A DNA stretch of 62,054 nucleotides, counting the filler, from Trypethelium eluteriae (Eukaryota), in the NCBI GenBank assembly GCA_051942245.1. It is 2 parts of 2 records of this genome, joined end to end, with 100 filler letters (N's around TTAATTAATTAA, not from the genome) between each part and the next. Parts side by side here need not be neighbours in the genome. Positions count along the whole stretch, not along the records: positions 31,091 to 62,054 come from JAVECL010000281.1; 1 more part is not named here. One strand, 5' to 3'. Below, piece by piece: positions 31,219 through 43,370 of the stretch. The translations under genes and the position numbers were made by a program. The notes beneath the pieces are model-generated. The model was not told the DNA's origin, ran no database searches, and was given only the letters and a program-made list of their open reading frames with translations. How positions within the stretch are numbered: position 1 is the stretch's first letter; each line of letters begins with the position of its first letter.

Positions 31219-31698
31219 TTACGTGCGCTGACGGGCCGCAAGTTGAGCATCTGCAAAACTGAGTTTGTAGCTTCCGCAAATAGGTGTAAAACTATTGTCT
31301 TTCGGGCATTGTCGGTGGCCGTAATGGTAGATTTTGCCCTCCCAACAAAGCCTATGTTGAGGCAGTGTCCCGTCAAGAAAAATAAGAAATGCGAGTTTTG
31401 ACATCTCGTGCCCTGGTTTTGCCTCGACTAAGTCTTTAAAATATCGATCACCAAGTAAAGAAAGCATTGATGGAGACGAAAAAGCCAGCAGTGGTCTTGC
31501 AGATGGCGGCAAAAAGCTTGCAATAAGGTGCCATATCTCGGGCGGCAAAGTGAAGACAGGCTCAGATACATCATAGTTCAGGGCTTGATGCATTTTCAGA
31601 TCTGAGCGTCTCCCAACTTCGGTAGTTTTTCCAGTTAGATAAGCTGGGCGGGTGTCTCTTCTGCAGAATATGTTCTTCACATAAGTGATCAGAATCAT
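31219..31698 (-). CDS. F-box-like protein, possibly truncated or pseudogenised
   Basis: F-box-like motif VFTLPPEIWHLIASFLPPSARPLLAFSS, then FLIFLDGTLPQHRLCWEGKIYH. The ORF stops about 130 bp before the contig edge and the downstream frames contain stops. Confidence 0.55.
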   Translation of the reverse strand: MILITYVKNIFCRRDTRPAYLTGKTTEVGRRSDLKMHQALNYDVSEPVFTLPPEIWHLIASFLPPSARPLLAFSSPSMLSLLGDRYFKDLVEAKPGHEMSKLAFLIFLDGTLPQHRLCWEGKIYHYGHRQCPKDNSFTPICGSYKLSFADAQLAARQRT

Positions 31699-32719
31699 GT
31701 TGAACCCGCTTGAGCGATCAAGTCTCCAAATTGTGAGCGTGTGCTTTTGGTCGGGTTGTAAGCCTATCAGAAAGATTGAACTGTCACAACCACGTAGTAA
31801 CGTGGTCAGCGCGTTGTTACGCGTTTCCCACCATTTACATACTCATTTTCCTTTAGGTCGCCTTAATTTTATTCTCAATTAGCTCAATAACTAGATGTCA
31901 TCTATAAACTATATTTATGAGAAAAAAGAATCTAATATTTAAGAAGGAAGCGGCGATAGAAGTGACTTCGTTCATAAACTTACCTTTTTTGACCATTTCA
32001 TTACTAGATAGAGAAACATTTTGAGGCTAGGAAGGATCAGATAAGATGAAAATTACGTACTCTTACCCTCTATCCAGAATCGTACCTGATGAGGATCCGT
32101 TCTCTCAGAAGTACATCTGATAGCTGAATCACATGAAGGTTTGATAGGATACTCGTATGCTTGACAGAGCAAGCAGACTGCGTCTACGAAGGCACATAAA
32201 TGCGACCAAACTGTCTTCTGCCAAACGCGCCCTTCCTCTGATGTTGCATCCGATGTGTGAGAAGGCAATCTTATTAGCAAACCTATCACGTGATCACGAG
32301 TGAGGATTGTGAGTTGCCACGTATATAGATATTCTCGCCTCCGTACATAGCTTAATTATAGCCTCTTATTTATTAAGATAATTAAAATCAAAATTTGAGG
32401 TTTTTTGTTGTTTTTTTGGTGTGGACCGGGTGTGCAGGTGGTGGGGCCATGCAGATGGAGGGCAAAGCCTGTAGCACGTTTTTTTTTTAGCTCGCTAGCT
32501 AGCTTGCCGATGCTTCTAGTCTAGTCGTAGGTATCTCCTTGTAACGACAGCCTTCACCGCAACACTACCGTCTCGGGTATATGATTTAGGGCGGTAGCAC
32601 TGTTGTCTTGACTTTTACAAACAGCAGATTCAGCACTTTAGCGCAGATTATATTTTCTCCTTAGAAGCAGCAGTGGACATAATAAGCGGCTGGCGAATCT
32701 GAGCCTATAGTTGCTCAAC

Positions 32720-35700
32720 ATGCGCATCTCGCTGCCCTGCCTCTCCAAAAAGGCTGGCAAAAGAAATGATCAAACATTGCCATCTTCAGAGAATTTACCA
32801 GTTCTAGCAAAACCGGTAGCTACGGAAGACAAAGTGCTTATCAAAAGTAAGTCTGGTCAAACGAACGGAGCCATACGAGGCCAACAAGATAAGCCTTTGA
32901 AAGTGACTACCTCTGAGTCTGCTGCTCCGGCTGTGAATTCCACCCGAGATATCGTGCATAAATCAAGCGTACTATGGAAGAGGGCAATGGAGCGGATCAA
33001 GGAGACTGAGGACTGGAAGAAGTACTGCGTTGTCGTCCGCAAACAGCATTTAACACTAAGCAGCGCAGTTTCAGAAGATGAGCCCCAACAAGACTCGAAA
33101 GATACCTCGAAAGATAACGTGGAAGAAATGATACTATCCTCATCAGCTGATGTTCTCAATACCATGACTGCAGTCAAAGATCAAGTGCAGAACTCGGAAT
33201 GGTCTTTCCAACTTGGAGAGAGGAGAATCATTGTTCGAAACGTGTATAACGAAGTCATTGATGTATTCGCTGCCATTAAGGATCCTGGAACTTCCCTTGC
33301 ACGGCTTAATCCGTACGCCTCAATAGGCTGGTCCAGCCTTCAATATGTGGTGCAGAGATTGCAAACTGCTAGGGAGGTGCGTGACATGTGCTGGGAGGTG
33401 CTGCCTCGAGCTACGTTTCTGATCAGTCGTTATCAAACAATGAACGAGCTTTATACAAGTAACGAAGACGTTCATAAAAGTAGCGATATGCTGGAGCAAG
33501 CTCTTACTGAGCTGTATGAGCAAATAATGAGTTATCAAATTACTATGATTATCTACCTGAACGACCGCATGGAACGCTTCAGGGCAAGCTTCAGTGATGC
33601 GTCCAACAGTAAATTATCTAAAATTTGGGAGGAAATCAAAGACAAGGAAGCTTCGCTCTCTGGGTTACAATCTCTCGCAGACCGGGAAATTAATAACGAG
33701 AAGTTCGTCCGACTCCTGAAAGCTAGCGAAGAGCTTAACAATAATCTCAACAAGACATGGGATGAGGTCCAGGGTATCTCGCGTATTGTGGAGGGACAAC
33801 AGCGCAGGAAGATCCTCAACTGGATATCCGAAATGAAATACGAAGATGCCCATAACCAGAAGCGAAGGACAGCAGCAGCCAAATATGCCACTGGAAATTG
33901 GCTACTCGCCCAACCTCACTATCGAGCGTGGCTTCTCGTCGCAGATCCTCCAAATTTTTGGCTTCATGGTTTCATGGGTTCAGGAAAGACCTGTCTGACT
34001 CACCTTGCAATAGAAGACATAAAGAACAATATTGAGCATAAACACGGGCAGCATCTTGCTTATTATTACATAGACGGCGCTGAAGCTCGTGGAGATCAAG
34101 ACTGCACGCGAAAAATCCTTCGCTGTCTACTCAAGCAGCTTGCTGGCCTCGGATCAGGGGAAAGGATGATGGAAGCTGTTTTAAACAGCTATGAGACTCA
34201 CGCCGAGAAAGGCAGTCTAACGGAGGGCCAGACTATGGGCCTATTTCAAACGATCCTCAACGACAATTACAGTACCTTTCTTATATTAGATGGCCTTGAT
34301 GAGTGTGACCGAGGGACGTTCAACCAACTCATGAATTGTATTGATCGGCTCTGCGATGGTGCACGAGGACGGGTTCAGGTTTTCTTCTCCAGCCGACAGG
34401 AACAATTTATAGAAGATCGGATGAAAGCACTCGGTCCTAGGGAAATTGATGTCAAAGAGTACAATAAAAAGGATATCCAGAAATACATTTCTACGCGCCT
34501 GAAACACAGTATCGATGACTGGCCTGAGCTATATCGACGTGGGAGTGAGGATCAAAGCCGAGACATTCGGGATACGCTACAGAAGAATGCTCAGGGTATG
34601 TTTCGATGGATCGACGTGGCATTTGGCCATCTTCACAGTGGCCAGAATTTCTCCGACATGCAGGAACGTCTTAAAGGGCTGAATCATCTTCCGAATCTAT
34701 TCGATCTCTATGATAAAATCTATGAAACAGCCATGAAGACTCTCGGAAGTCGTAGCAGAGATGCGCTACGACTCGCTCTTACACTAATGCTGTATAGCGA
34801 TCTTCGAAGCGTGTACAGACATTGGGGCAGATTTGAAGATTTTCGTAAGAAACACCCTGACAGCTCAGAAATATCCATAGAGGCCCTAGTTATGTAAAAG
34901 CCCCTGAAATTCTTGTACATATTATGCTGTACTAACTTGGAGAAGCATTGCAGGAGTAGCATACATACAGGAGAACTTTTCATCGTTGCTAGAACCAAAA
35001 GAGGTATTGTCACTCTGCCCAAGCTTCATCCAATTCAGTTCTCCATTATGGTTTGGGAGGAGTTTTCAGCTTTCACATTTCTCTGTTAGAGAGTACTTGC
35101 TTGAAAGACGAGGCAATGAATATGAGCCTCGAAGGGGATATTGCTATCTTGCCAAGGAGTCACTGAAAGTCTTCATTGAGAACGAGTGTTATGCAAGAGC
35201 ACAGAGAGCGGCGAACGGCCTGTTTGTATACTATGCTAGCATTGGGTGGACAATTCATCTTCACCGAGTTTGTGCAGCTGGTCCTGGTATACAATGGGAA
35301 ACCATTATCAAAGATGGAGGCTTGCTCAATGCTATTGACGCCTTCCTACTCCGATCACGAGTTCCAGAGGCTTTTATAAGGTGGCAAAGCTATGTTCGAG
35401 CGAATCAAAAGACCTTATCTCGTTTCTTCTCCCTGTCGGACGTCTTAGCTCAGCCGCCTTCCACACTCTTTGCCCGCCTAATGTTTCATCTGCCATACAA
35501 GGACCCGAACTTCTCCTTGGCTCACTTGGAAGCCGAGGAGAGGATTGATCAACCAGGATTTTCAGCAGTGCATCTTGCTTCAATGATGCATAACATGGCT
35601 GCGGTGGAGTGGCTTGCCAGTAAGAAAGTCAACATGAACAGAAGAGCCTTCCCAATTTCGACAATGTCCTTCGCCAACCTCCTTAGAGGGGGTATACCGC

Positions 35701-36511
35701 AGAGATTATTTGTAGAGGAAGGAGCCCCTGCAAATTAACTGTGTTCTTCTCGGTCCTACTTAAAGGTGATAGAGGATCAGATGCAGAGACCATGGAAACA
35801 CTCCTGAAATGCAAAGCCGAGCCTCATCTACCTCAAGGATTCGGATCATTAGCTCCGTATACGCCACAAACCTGGCCGGGGCAGTCCTTGATTATTCCTG
35901 GAACTGAAACATTTTCTGATCTGGAGGTAGCGTTGGGGATGAAGTGCTCAACAGATGCTGCCATAGTCTTGTTTTTGGACGGCTATAGTAAAGTTGAGGC
36001 ACCACAAGAATGGTACATTTGGGCTCTATGGACGGCCGTGAAGGAAGTGAACGATCCGATGGAGTTTTCTCAGGAAATTGATTGCCTCTTTGGAGAGGAC
36101 AAAACAAAGGGTGCTGAAGACTTCAATCAATGGCTGCTGCAGAGGTACAACGACTATGTGCCCAAAAACGTCAGCATTTGTGGAATAGGAGGTCTACCTG
36201 CTTGCAGGTACATCACCGAAGATAGCTGGGCATACGCAGGTGTAGCTCTCAGAGAGGAATTTGTCGCACAAGTGGCGACTTGCGTCGGGGAGAAATTCGA
36301 AGACATGAAAGAACAATGGCAATTGAGTCCGCGAAAGATACATCTCGACTTTAATCCGTTCGATAGCGATTTTTTCTCTCCAGACGGAATGCCAGAATCA
36401 TCCAGCCTACCTGTTTGGAATCGTGTGGATTCAACTCCGCGCATTGGGACCTTTGACTTTCATGCCTCTGGCTCTGCCTCGGGGTCCGACGACGAATCCG
36501 ATTTTCCTTAA
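32720..36511 (+). CDS. NACHT-domain (NLR-like) protein with helical N-terminal domain and a degenerate ankyrin C-terminus
   Basis: The N-terminal LWKRA...NPYASIGWSSLQ...LTELYEQIMSYQ resembles NACHT-associated N-terminal domains. Walker A GFMGSGKT, Walker B LILDGLDEC, GMFRWI and LSHFSVREYL are present. Intron 34894-34945 is in frame, and a probable intron 35692-35765 joins the last ORF. One ankyrin-like unit, SAVHLASMMHNMAAVEWLASKKVNMN. Confidence 0.85.
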
Positions 36512-37597
36512 TCTATCTCTTCAACAAAAAATTGTGATAGGAGGAGAACTAGGTTTCTAGGTGTGATAACAAGCTGCTGGCTGGACGGCGACGAGGATGT
36601 TTACAAGAATTTCGAGCTCATCCTAAAAGAGAAGCGCCTAAAAAAGGTCGTCATTCACGCGCAGACGCAGAAAGGGTCGGCTAAACAGAGCTGAACATGA
36701 TTTCGCTGCTCTGGTCAAACGTTGTGGGATTCCCGCTGTTGCACTCGAGAGATTGGCCCCATTCTTGCCGCCGTTCTTTAATCAGGTGGGATTATGGGTT
36801 GCTGTAAGACATCTGTAGAAGCTGATCCTGCTCGTGTGTATGAGGAAGCGTGAATTAGCTTGCTAATCCATGAGAGAGACAACAGTGTAAAGGCGTGACA
36901 CATTGATGGATCGTACTAGTGCAGAATCAAGGATAAGAATCATCGTCGGGACAGTCCTTAGACGAATGGCAATCGCGAAAGGAAGGAAGCAGTCCGATGG
37001 TGGGAGACTGATGTGCTGCACCCTGCACTCTGAGCCTGACAAAAACTATGATGATGCGCTCATAGTGGCAACAAAGCCTCAAAACAAAGCACTCGAGATG
37101 AGATGTGTTCCCGGGACGCAGTAAGCTCCCAGACGCCTTTTCGACCTTTGAAAGATGACTCTATAGGCCAAGAATCACAGTGACTATGCCAAGTGTTAAA
37201 AGTTCTTATTGAGCATACATGCTGTGTCGGTATTGCTACATCAGGAGACATCGCCTCCCAATTATAGTAGAACCAAGCAATGAGATCAATGTACCGTAAC
37301 TCCATCCTGAATCTTCTGCTCCGCCATGAGAGGGGAAGGACAGATACAAGCACAGCGTTTTGTTATTTACATTTGTCCTATTTTCCAAAATTTTTTTTCC
37401 GAGGGTTGCCCCAACATTTATAATGAGTATTGTTCGAGAAATCTAAGAGATTGGAGATGAAATCGTCGTCCTGTCTGCCAAAATTCCTGTCGAATTAATT
37501 TAAAGGTACTCAGATACCAGCTCAGTCGCTCAGAAAACACTTCAGCCGCGACTTCTTTTCTTTTTCAAAGAAATCCACGGTCTTAGAACCATGTGGT

Positions 37598-40500
37598 TTA
37601 CTCCCGAGGGGCTGGCCACAACAGCGTGGGATCGAAGTCGTCCGCGCCCAAAAGTTCGTCAAGAGCCCTATCAATATACCCCATAAAAGGTGATGAGGTC
37701 GGGATAGGGACTCTCGAAGATCCAGCTGCCGCATTTCCAGAGCTTCCGCTACGGTAGCCCGAATCAGGCGTTTGGGGCTGCCACGAACCGTTCGAAAGGT
37801 TTGGGACCATCCGAGGAGCTGTTAGGGGTGGCGGTAGCGAAGATGGATCTGGATTCAGATTGACTGGTGTAGGTTGGTCGGCATTGAAGCCTTGATTGTT
37901 AGCATGCAACTCTGGTTCGCGACGTGATCGATTTCGTGAGCCTTCAGCATTTTGTGTGTCTATCTGTTGCGGAGCGTATTGAAAATTGGCCGCTGGATTC
38001 GACTGGTCCGGTTGAGGTAAGGGCATTCGAGCTAGTTCTGGAGAGGCCTCGGAGTTGGTTGCAGAAGTTAAGCTGCGTTCGTTGGAGGGGCCCCCAGCTC
38101 GGCTTGTCTCCCACCTTTCCAGCAGAGCGGTCACACCGTCTTGGAACAAGGTATGTACGAAAGCCGAAACCTCGTATTCTTGAGGCCGTAGAGGAGGAGG
38201 AATCCGAGCTTGAATTAGGTCGTTCACGATCTGAGGGCCTTCAATCGAAGTGAAATCCTGGAACTCGCAGAGCTGTTCGGACAAAACCCCCTCGACGTAT
38301 GGAGTACTGGGTCGAGGAGTTCCTGGAAATAGAATCTCGAAGATGGTGTACCAGTTTTCGACAGTGCTTTTGCTCTTCGATACCCTCTGTTCAAGAAGCT
38401 TCCGCTGCTCCTCACTCACGCATTCGAAGTCCACAGGAGGAGCATTTTGGCAGTTACGACTTCGAATGTGATCATCACGAGCTTTTTCTGTGCCAAAAGT
38501 GCTATAACAGCTTGGACAGTACTTGGGTATGCCATGGCAGCGACGTAAATGCTGCTTAACACGTGAGATATCTCTCAATGTGTACTTGTAGCAACTCCGG
38601 TATTTCCTCGGCTTAAGCTTGCAAAACGGGCATGCAAGCAGTTTTTCAGGCCCTTGATCCTCCTTCTTCGTAGGTGGCCGAATGCGAGCACCATCCTCTT
38701 CCTCATCCTTGTCATTCTGCTCATAATCGTCGGCTTTTCGCTTTTGTGGAAGCTTGGAGTGCTTAGATGAGAGGCCGTTGCTTCGAGGACTACCGCCTGA
38801 TGATGCTCTGTTGCCGCTGCCACCCTGTTGTCCACCTCCATGACATGTTCGAAGGCCCGCTCTTTGACCAGAAAAGAGACGAGCTAGCAACCGAGCTACT
38901 GCCGGAGCTCTTAGTGAGTCAAGGATATGTCCGGTCCAGTCCAGATCCATAGATGTATCAGACTCCTCAGATAAACCTGATGCTTCGCTATCACCAGAAA
39001 AGTTTGTGTCAGGACTTGCAGCAATATCCACAGAAACATTGCCTTTGCACCCATGCGTAGAGTTGAGGTCTCTTTCCGCAATTCCTTCAATCTCCTGCTG
39101 TGAAGGCTGGAAATTGGAGGTAGCATGACTTGCATGTCCGACCTTTCCGCTAGCTATGGAGGTTTCGTAGCCGCTATCAGAGTGGCCCGCATTGACGTCT
39201 TCAAATAAGTCCTTAGCGGGGAGCAGAGTCTCAATTTGCTGCAGTGTTGAGTTAATCCTTTGCCGCCTTGCCCGCTCAGCCGGCTTACTGGTTTGCCTGC
39301 CGGTCTCCGCCGAGACTGTCTCTAAACTCTGAAAGCCGACCATCATTTCAGATTCTGTTGCTGGGGGAAGCAAGCGGACTTTTGCATTGTCGGAACCTGG
39401 CAATGATTTGAGTGGATCGATCTCAGCTGCGCCTTCTTCAAGCTTTCGCTTTTTCAATGGGTTGGTGTCCTGCTGGAAGTCCCCCATGAAATCTCCCAGA
39501 CTCGGAAGACTCTCTTGCAACAGATCAAAATGAGGTTCATATGACTTGAGAATAAGCCCTTCTGGAGTAGGATGAACCGTTGATGAAGTTGATCCCGCGG
39601 CAGACATATAAGCGCTGTCCACGATGGAGACTGTATCAGCTGACAGATTGTAGCCGGAGGAATCGCAGTCAGTAGACATCCACGGTGAAAGATTACTTGT
39701 CGACGGAGTGTAAGTGTCTACCATCCAAGATGATATCCAAGGTGACGCATCTTGATCGTATGGACATCGCATATCGAGATTTCCAGACTTGAAGATTATG
39801 CCGTGGTTGTAGCCCTCACAAGCTCGTTTACTCTTGAAACAATTCTTGCATTGCGGGCGCTCCTCGTCACATTTTAAACGGCGCTTTCTGCAAGTCAAGC
39901 AGCCAGTCTTGGTGCGCTTTCGAGACTTGAACTGTTCCCTCCAAAACGCTGTGGGCTTAGAAGGGGAAGACGTAGGTAATGAGGATACGCCACCTTTGTT
40001 CAATTCAGTTGTGTCTCCTTCGGCTGTGTTCGATGGTGTAGGCGTACGGCACCCTTCAGTGTGGGGCTTCTCAGTAGAGAAAAGGACAAAATCCTGCTCG
40101 GTGTTCATTTCTCCGGTCGGCTCTTGCTCCAAGGGGGAGCTTGCAGTAGGATATAGCCAGTTATTGTCAGAACTTGTGTCAATCAAGAGCCCTTGCGGCT
40201 GGAACGAAAGACCGATATTCGCGTGAGACAGGTCTGAAGTTGACGCCCCTGAATCAGGAGCCATTGAAGCCGGGGTCAGAATGACATTAGGATATTCTGT
40301 TGGCAGAAGCGGTGTCAAGGGAGTGCGGCTTCTTGATGAGGCTCGGCTTTCTGAACCCGGGGTAGAAAGACGATTGCCGGGTTCTTTTGGACCACTCTTG
40401 GAACTATTTGACTTGGAACGTATATATGTCCAACCGTGAGCCTTCTCCATGTGCTGCTTGCAGTTACTCTCGCGTTTAGATGAATAAGGGCATGGTACGA

Positions 40501-40912
40501 ATTTGCAACGGTAGAGTGTCGGAGCTCTTGAATGCTTGTCGTTAACATGACGATTAAGTTCCTTCTCAGTGGGCCAGCCAAGCTCAGAATACCTGCAGTC
40601 AACATGAGGACACTTCCAAGACCTTGAGTGGGTCTTTTTGTGCTTGGTCAGATCGCAAGGGCGTCTGAAAGACTTGTGGCATTCGCTGCAAGTCAAGCTA
40701 GGTGATTCGGGCTTGGTGGCAGTTTGTCGAGAAAATTGTTCCGAATTCTGATCGCTTGCCGAGTCATTCAAGTTGGACAGGTCTGGTTCTTTGGTGCATG
40801 CTACGGATGAGTATGGTAGGTTAGGTCGCTTGAATTCGAAGATCTGCCCGGAGACATTCGGCTGTAGCTCAGCCTCGGAACTGTTTCCGCGTGATGGATC
40901 CAACAGACACAT
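37598..40912 (-). CDS. Multi-domain zinc-finger transcription factor-like protein (3x C2H2 + Zn2Cys6 + partial bHLH + C-terminal zinc module)
   Basis: Single ORF with first ATG at 40912 (an upstream exon is possible). Motifs: [21 protein letters not shown]...[95 protein letters not shown]...[10 protein letters not shown]...CPSC...[16 protein letters not shown]. Confidence 0.88.
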   Translation of the reverse strand: MCLLDPSRGNSSEAELQPNVSGQIFEFKRPNLPYSSVACTKEPDLSNLNDSASDQNSEQFSRQTATKPESPSLTCSECHKSFRRPCDLTKHKKTHSRSWKCPHVDCRYSELGWPTEKELNRHVNDKHSRAPTLYRCKFVPCPYSSKRESNCKQHMEKAHGWTYIRSKSNSSKSGPKEPGNRLSTPGSESRASSRSRTPLTPLLPTEYPNVILTPASMAPDSGASTSDLSHANIGLSFQPQGLLIDTSSDNNWLYPTASSPLEQEPTGEMNTEQDFVLFSTEKPHTEGCRTPTPSNTAEGDTTELNKGGVSSLPTSSPSKPTAFWREQFKSRKRTKTGCLTCRKRRLKCDEERPQCKNCFKSKRACEGYNHGIIFKSGNLDMRCPYDQDASPWISSWMVDTYTPSTSNLSPWMSTDCDSSGYNLSADTVSIVDSAYMSAAGSTSSTVHPTPEGLILKSYEPHFDLLQESLPSLGDFMGDFQQDTNPLKKRKLEEGAAEIDPLKSLPGSDNAKVRLLPPATESEMMVGFQSLETVSAETGRQTSKPAERARRQRINSTLQQIETLLPAKDLFEDVNAGHSDSGYETSIASGKVGHASHATSNFQPSQQEIEGIAERDLNSTHGCKGNVSVDIAASPDTNFSGDSEASGLSEESDTSMDLDWTGHILDSLRAPAVARLLARLFSGQRAGLRTCHGGGQQGGSGNRASSGGSPRSNGLSSKHSKLPQKRKADDYEQNDKDEEEDGARIRPPTKKEDQGPEKLLACPFCKLKPRKYRSCYKYTLRDISRVKQHLRRCHGIPKYCPSCYSTFGTEKARDDHIRSRNCQNAPPVDFECVSEEQRKLLEQRVSKSKSTVENWYTIFEILFPGTPRPSTPYVEGVLSEQLCEFQDFTSIEGPQIVNDLIQARIPPPLRPQEYEVSAFVHTLFQDGVTALLERWETSRAGGPSNERSLTSATNSEASPELARMPLPQPDQSNPAANFQYAPQQIDTQNAEGSRNRSRREPELHANNQGFNADQPTPVNLNPDPSSLPPPLTAPRMVPNLSNGSWQPQTPDSGYRSGSSGNAAAGSSRVPIPTSSPFMGYIDRALDELLGADDFDPTLLWPAPRE

Positions 40913-42169
40913 GTTTACTCCTTCTGAGCAAATGGTAGTTGTCAGCGAGGCGAGGATTTCGCCCAAGCTGATGCCCTACACTCAGGCACGTGGGGAGTAA
41001 TACAAGGTAATACTGCAAGAGGGAGAATATTACACGAGAATGATTGCAAGAGTCCCCTCTCAGAACTTTTTGCTTCTGAAATATGAGACGGTATGTACGC
41101 AACGATTGGAAGCCACCAGAGGAGGCCATTCTAAAGGCTGCTCGAGGGTGGGAATCCTTGAGTTGAAATGTACGCTGCGGCGCAGCCTACGGTGAGCCCT
41201 CAGAACCGCTCGAGGAAGGCACAGTTGTGGATTACGTAGAGTCGAGGTTGACCGATACGTTGTCTGCATACCGCGAAGATTATACGAAGCAGGGATTGAA
41301 TATATTTAGCTGATGTGTATCAGGCTGCAACTTGTATCAGACGTAATGTTCTTACCGTTTTGGATCTCGAATTAAACTAAAAACATCAGATTCAATACCA
41401 CGCTTACCTCTAGAGAGTAGTCCAGTCTTATGGTGTGGGGGCCGGTAACGACGGGCACAGGTAGTGTTGGAAATAAAACCAAATCTTTGTAATACCTACA
41501 GCCTCTCACACCTGAGTGCAGCGTCGAGTCGTTATAGCGCGAATAAAACCGATCGGTCTGGAGCTTCGCCCAATGACGTCGTAGTTGAGTGACTGCACTG
41601 CCACCAATATTTCCTCCCTCGCCATATCGCGGCTGTGCCAAAGCGCCATTTTGATGAAATGGGATCAAACTTACGGAACGATTCGATCAGAAGAGGTGGA
41701 GAACAAAGGTGCATAATTGATGAAATCATTCTCGTTCGATGCTGGAAAAAGGAACGTCTTTGCGTGCATGATAGAGAACCGTTGTGCTGTTGGAGGAAGC
41801 TTGGCGGTGCGGCATTTCTTTTTCGGCCAAGTTGTGCCCCTCTGTGCCCTCGTGCCGCTCTCCAACTGCAGTGCATGCATCGTTCCATTAGTCGCGCACA
41901 GCTTTTTTGACGGACCCGCTTGACATTAGTCGATGATGCTCGGAGGTTGAAGGGGATGGCGATGGAATGAAGAGGGAGGAGGTTTTTGCTCCACGAGTGA
42001 CCAAACGTAACGTCATCGATTGTCAACCACTGCCAAGGTAAAACCTTGTCTTAAAGAGCCTCTCGCTCTCGTCGACGTTCAATCTCGGCTGCACTGCTAA
42101 CATTTAGGCAGTGGAGATCTCTTCAGCCAATTTATACATTTGTCGATGTATTTGTGCAATAGCTGCTGA

Positions 42170-43225
42170 ATGTCTGCTCATGGCATGAGACATCATGCAC
42201 CCCATCTTCATGCTGTCTTTGAGGGTTATTATTCTAAGTTCACTCTACCCTCTGGCGCTTCCCTCATAGTCATCATATGTTCAGTTCCCAAAGCTGCAAA
42301 AAATCGGCATCAGTTGTCGTTTACATACGTGCCTGCAGACAGCCAAAATGTCATCCAACATGAGCTGTGGGTGGATGACATTCAGCGCATTCCCTATGCT
42401 TCTAACAATGCATTCGAAATTCGCGTTCCTGGAGTGGGAGTGATGAGGTGTCCCGATGCTTCTACAACGGAATATACCTTCAGACACCAACAATGCGTCT
42501 TGCAGGCCAAGACTTCCGGACCCCAAGCCTGGTCTGGTTTTGCGTCTACCCCAGAGGGTCTCCTAGTTTACCTCCCACTTCCCCTTCACTGGCACGTCCA
42601 CTCACTGGGCTCTATCGCTGAGTACGAGCTTGACTTTCCAGGGACGGCTTCCTTGCCCGTGTCTGATAGGAAGGGCGAGGCGACCGTCCATGAGGAGAAA
42701 AACTGGGCACATTCGTTCCCCTCGGCTCACATGTGGGTGCAAGCCTGGGATGCCACTTCTGCTCACGGTGTCTGCCTTGCTGGAGGCAAAGTTCTAGGAA
42801 TGGAAGCTTACTTGGTGGGATACCGCAACTCCAGATGTGGGCTAAATTTAACTTTTCGCCCACCATTTGCACTCTCAGCAATGAAGCTATCGCCGTTCAT
42901 GCGGTTGCATAGGGACTGGACGGATCGATTTTTCGAACTCGAGATCTATGGATGGAACTACAGGATTGCTATTACAGCGCAAGCTCCGAAAGGCACTTTC
43001 TTTAGTTTGAGCGCTCCATTCCACGATGGTCATCGGGAGAATTACCTTGCCCAGAGCCTGGCTGCCCAAGCTACTGTCAAAGTGTGGCGAAGAAGGGGCT
43101 GGCTCTCATGGTTAGGAATCGGTAGATGGGAAAGGGTTTGCGAAGAGAGATTTGAGAAAGCTGCTTTGGAATTTGGTGGTACTTATTATCCATTAGCGGG
43201 AAACGACGCCCGAAAGAATGCATGA
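42170..43225 (+). CDS. Tocopherol-cyclase-like protein
   Basis: FEGYYSKF near the N-terminus, HEEKNWAHSFPSAHMWVQA and C-terminal AALEFGG parallel the FEGWYF, EKNWG.SFP..W.W.Q and ALE.GG motifs of tocopherol cyclases. Confidence 0.7.
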   Translation: MSAHGMRHHAPHLHAVFEGYYSKFTLPSGASLIVIICSVPKAAKNRHQLSFTYVPADSQNVIQHELWVDDIQRIPYASNNAFEIRVPGVGVMRCPDASTTEYTFRHQQCVLQAKTSGPQAWSGFASTPEGLLVYLPLPLHWHVHSLGSIAEYELDFPGTASLPVSDRKGEATVHEEKNWAHSFPSAHMWVQAWDATSAHGVCLAGGKVLGMEAYLVGYRNSRCGLNLTFRPPFALSAMKLSPFMRLHRDWTDRFFELEIYGWNYRIAITAQAPKGTFFSLSAPFHDGHRENYLAQSLAAQATVKVWRRRGWLSWLGIGRWERVCEERFEKAALEFGGTYYPLAGNDARKNA

Positions 43226-43370
43226 CAAAAGCCATCAGCTCAACAACTTTCCAAAATGAGAGAAAATCAGACTATGGGGAGAGACCTGAGAATAAAGGCG
43301 CTTTAGAAATCCAATGCCTCTCAATAGCGTCGCGCCCAATTTTGACAAAGCACTGTCCAACCCATCCTTG

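Noticed and set aside
35692..35765. Apparent stop and frameshift in the second NACHT gene at 35736-35741
   Set aside because: A 74-nt GTATAC..TTAAC..AAG intron restores the frame (LLRG/GDRGSDAETM), so pseudogenisation is not required. This needs RNA-seq confirmation.
36552..36694. Short coding-like fragment (FLGVITSCWLDGDEDVYKNFELILKEK...)
   Set aside because: It is too short, has no start codon and has no recognisable motif.
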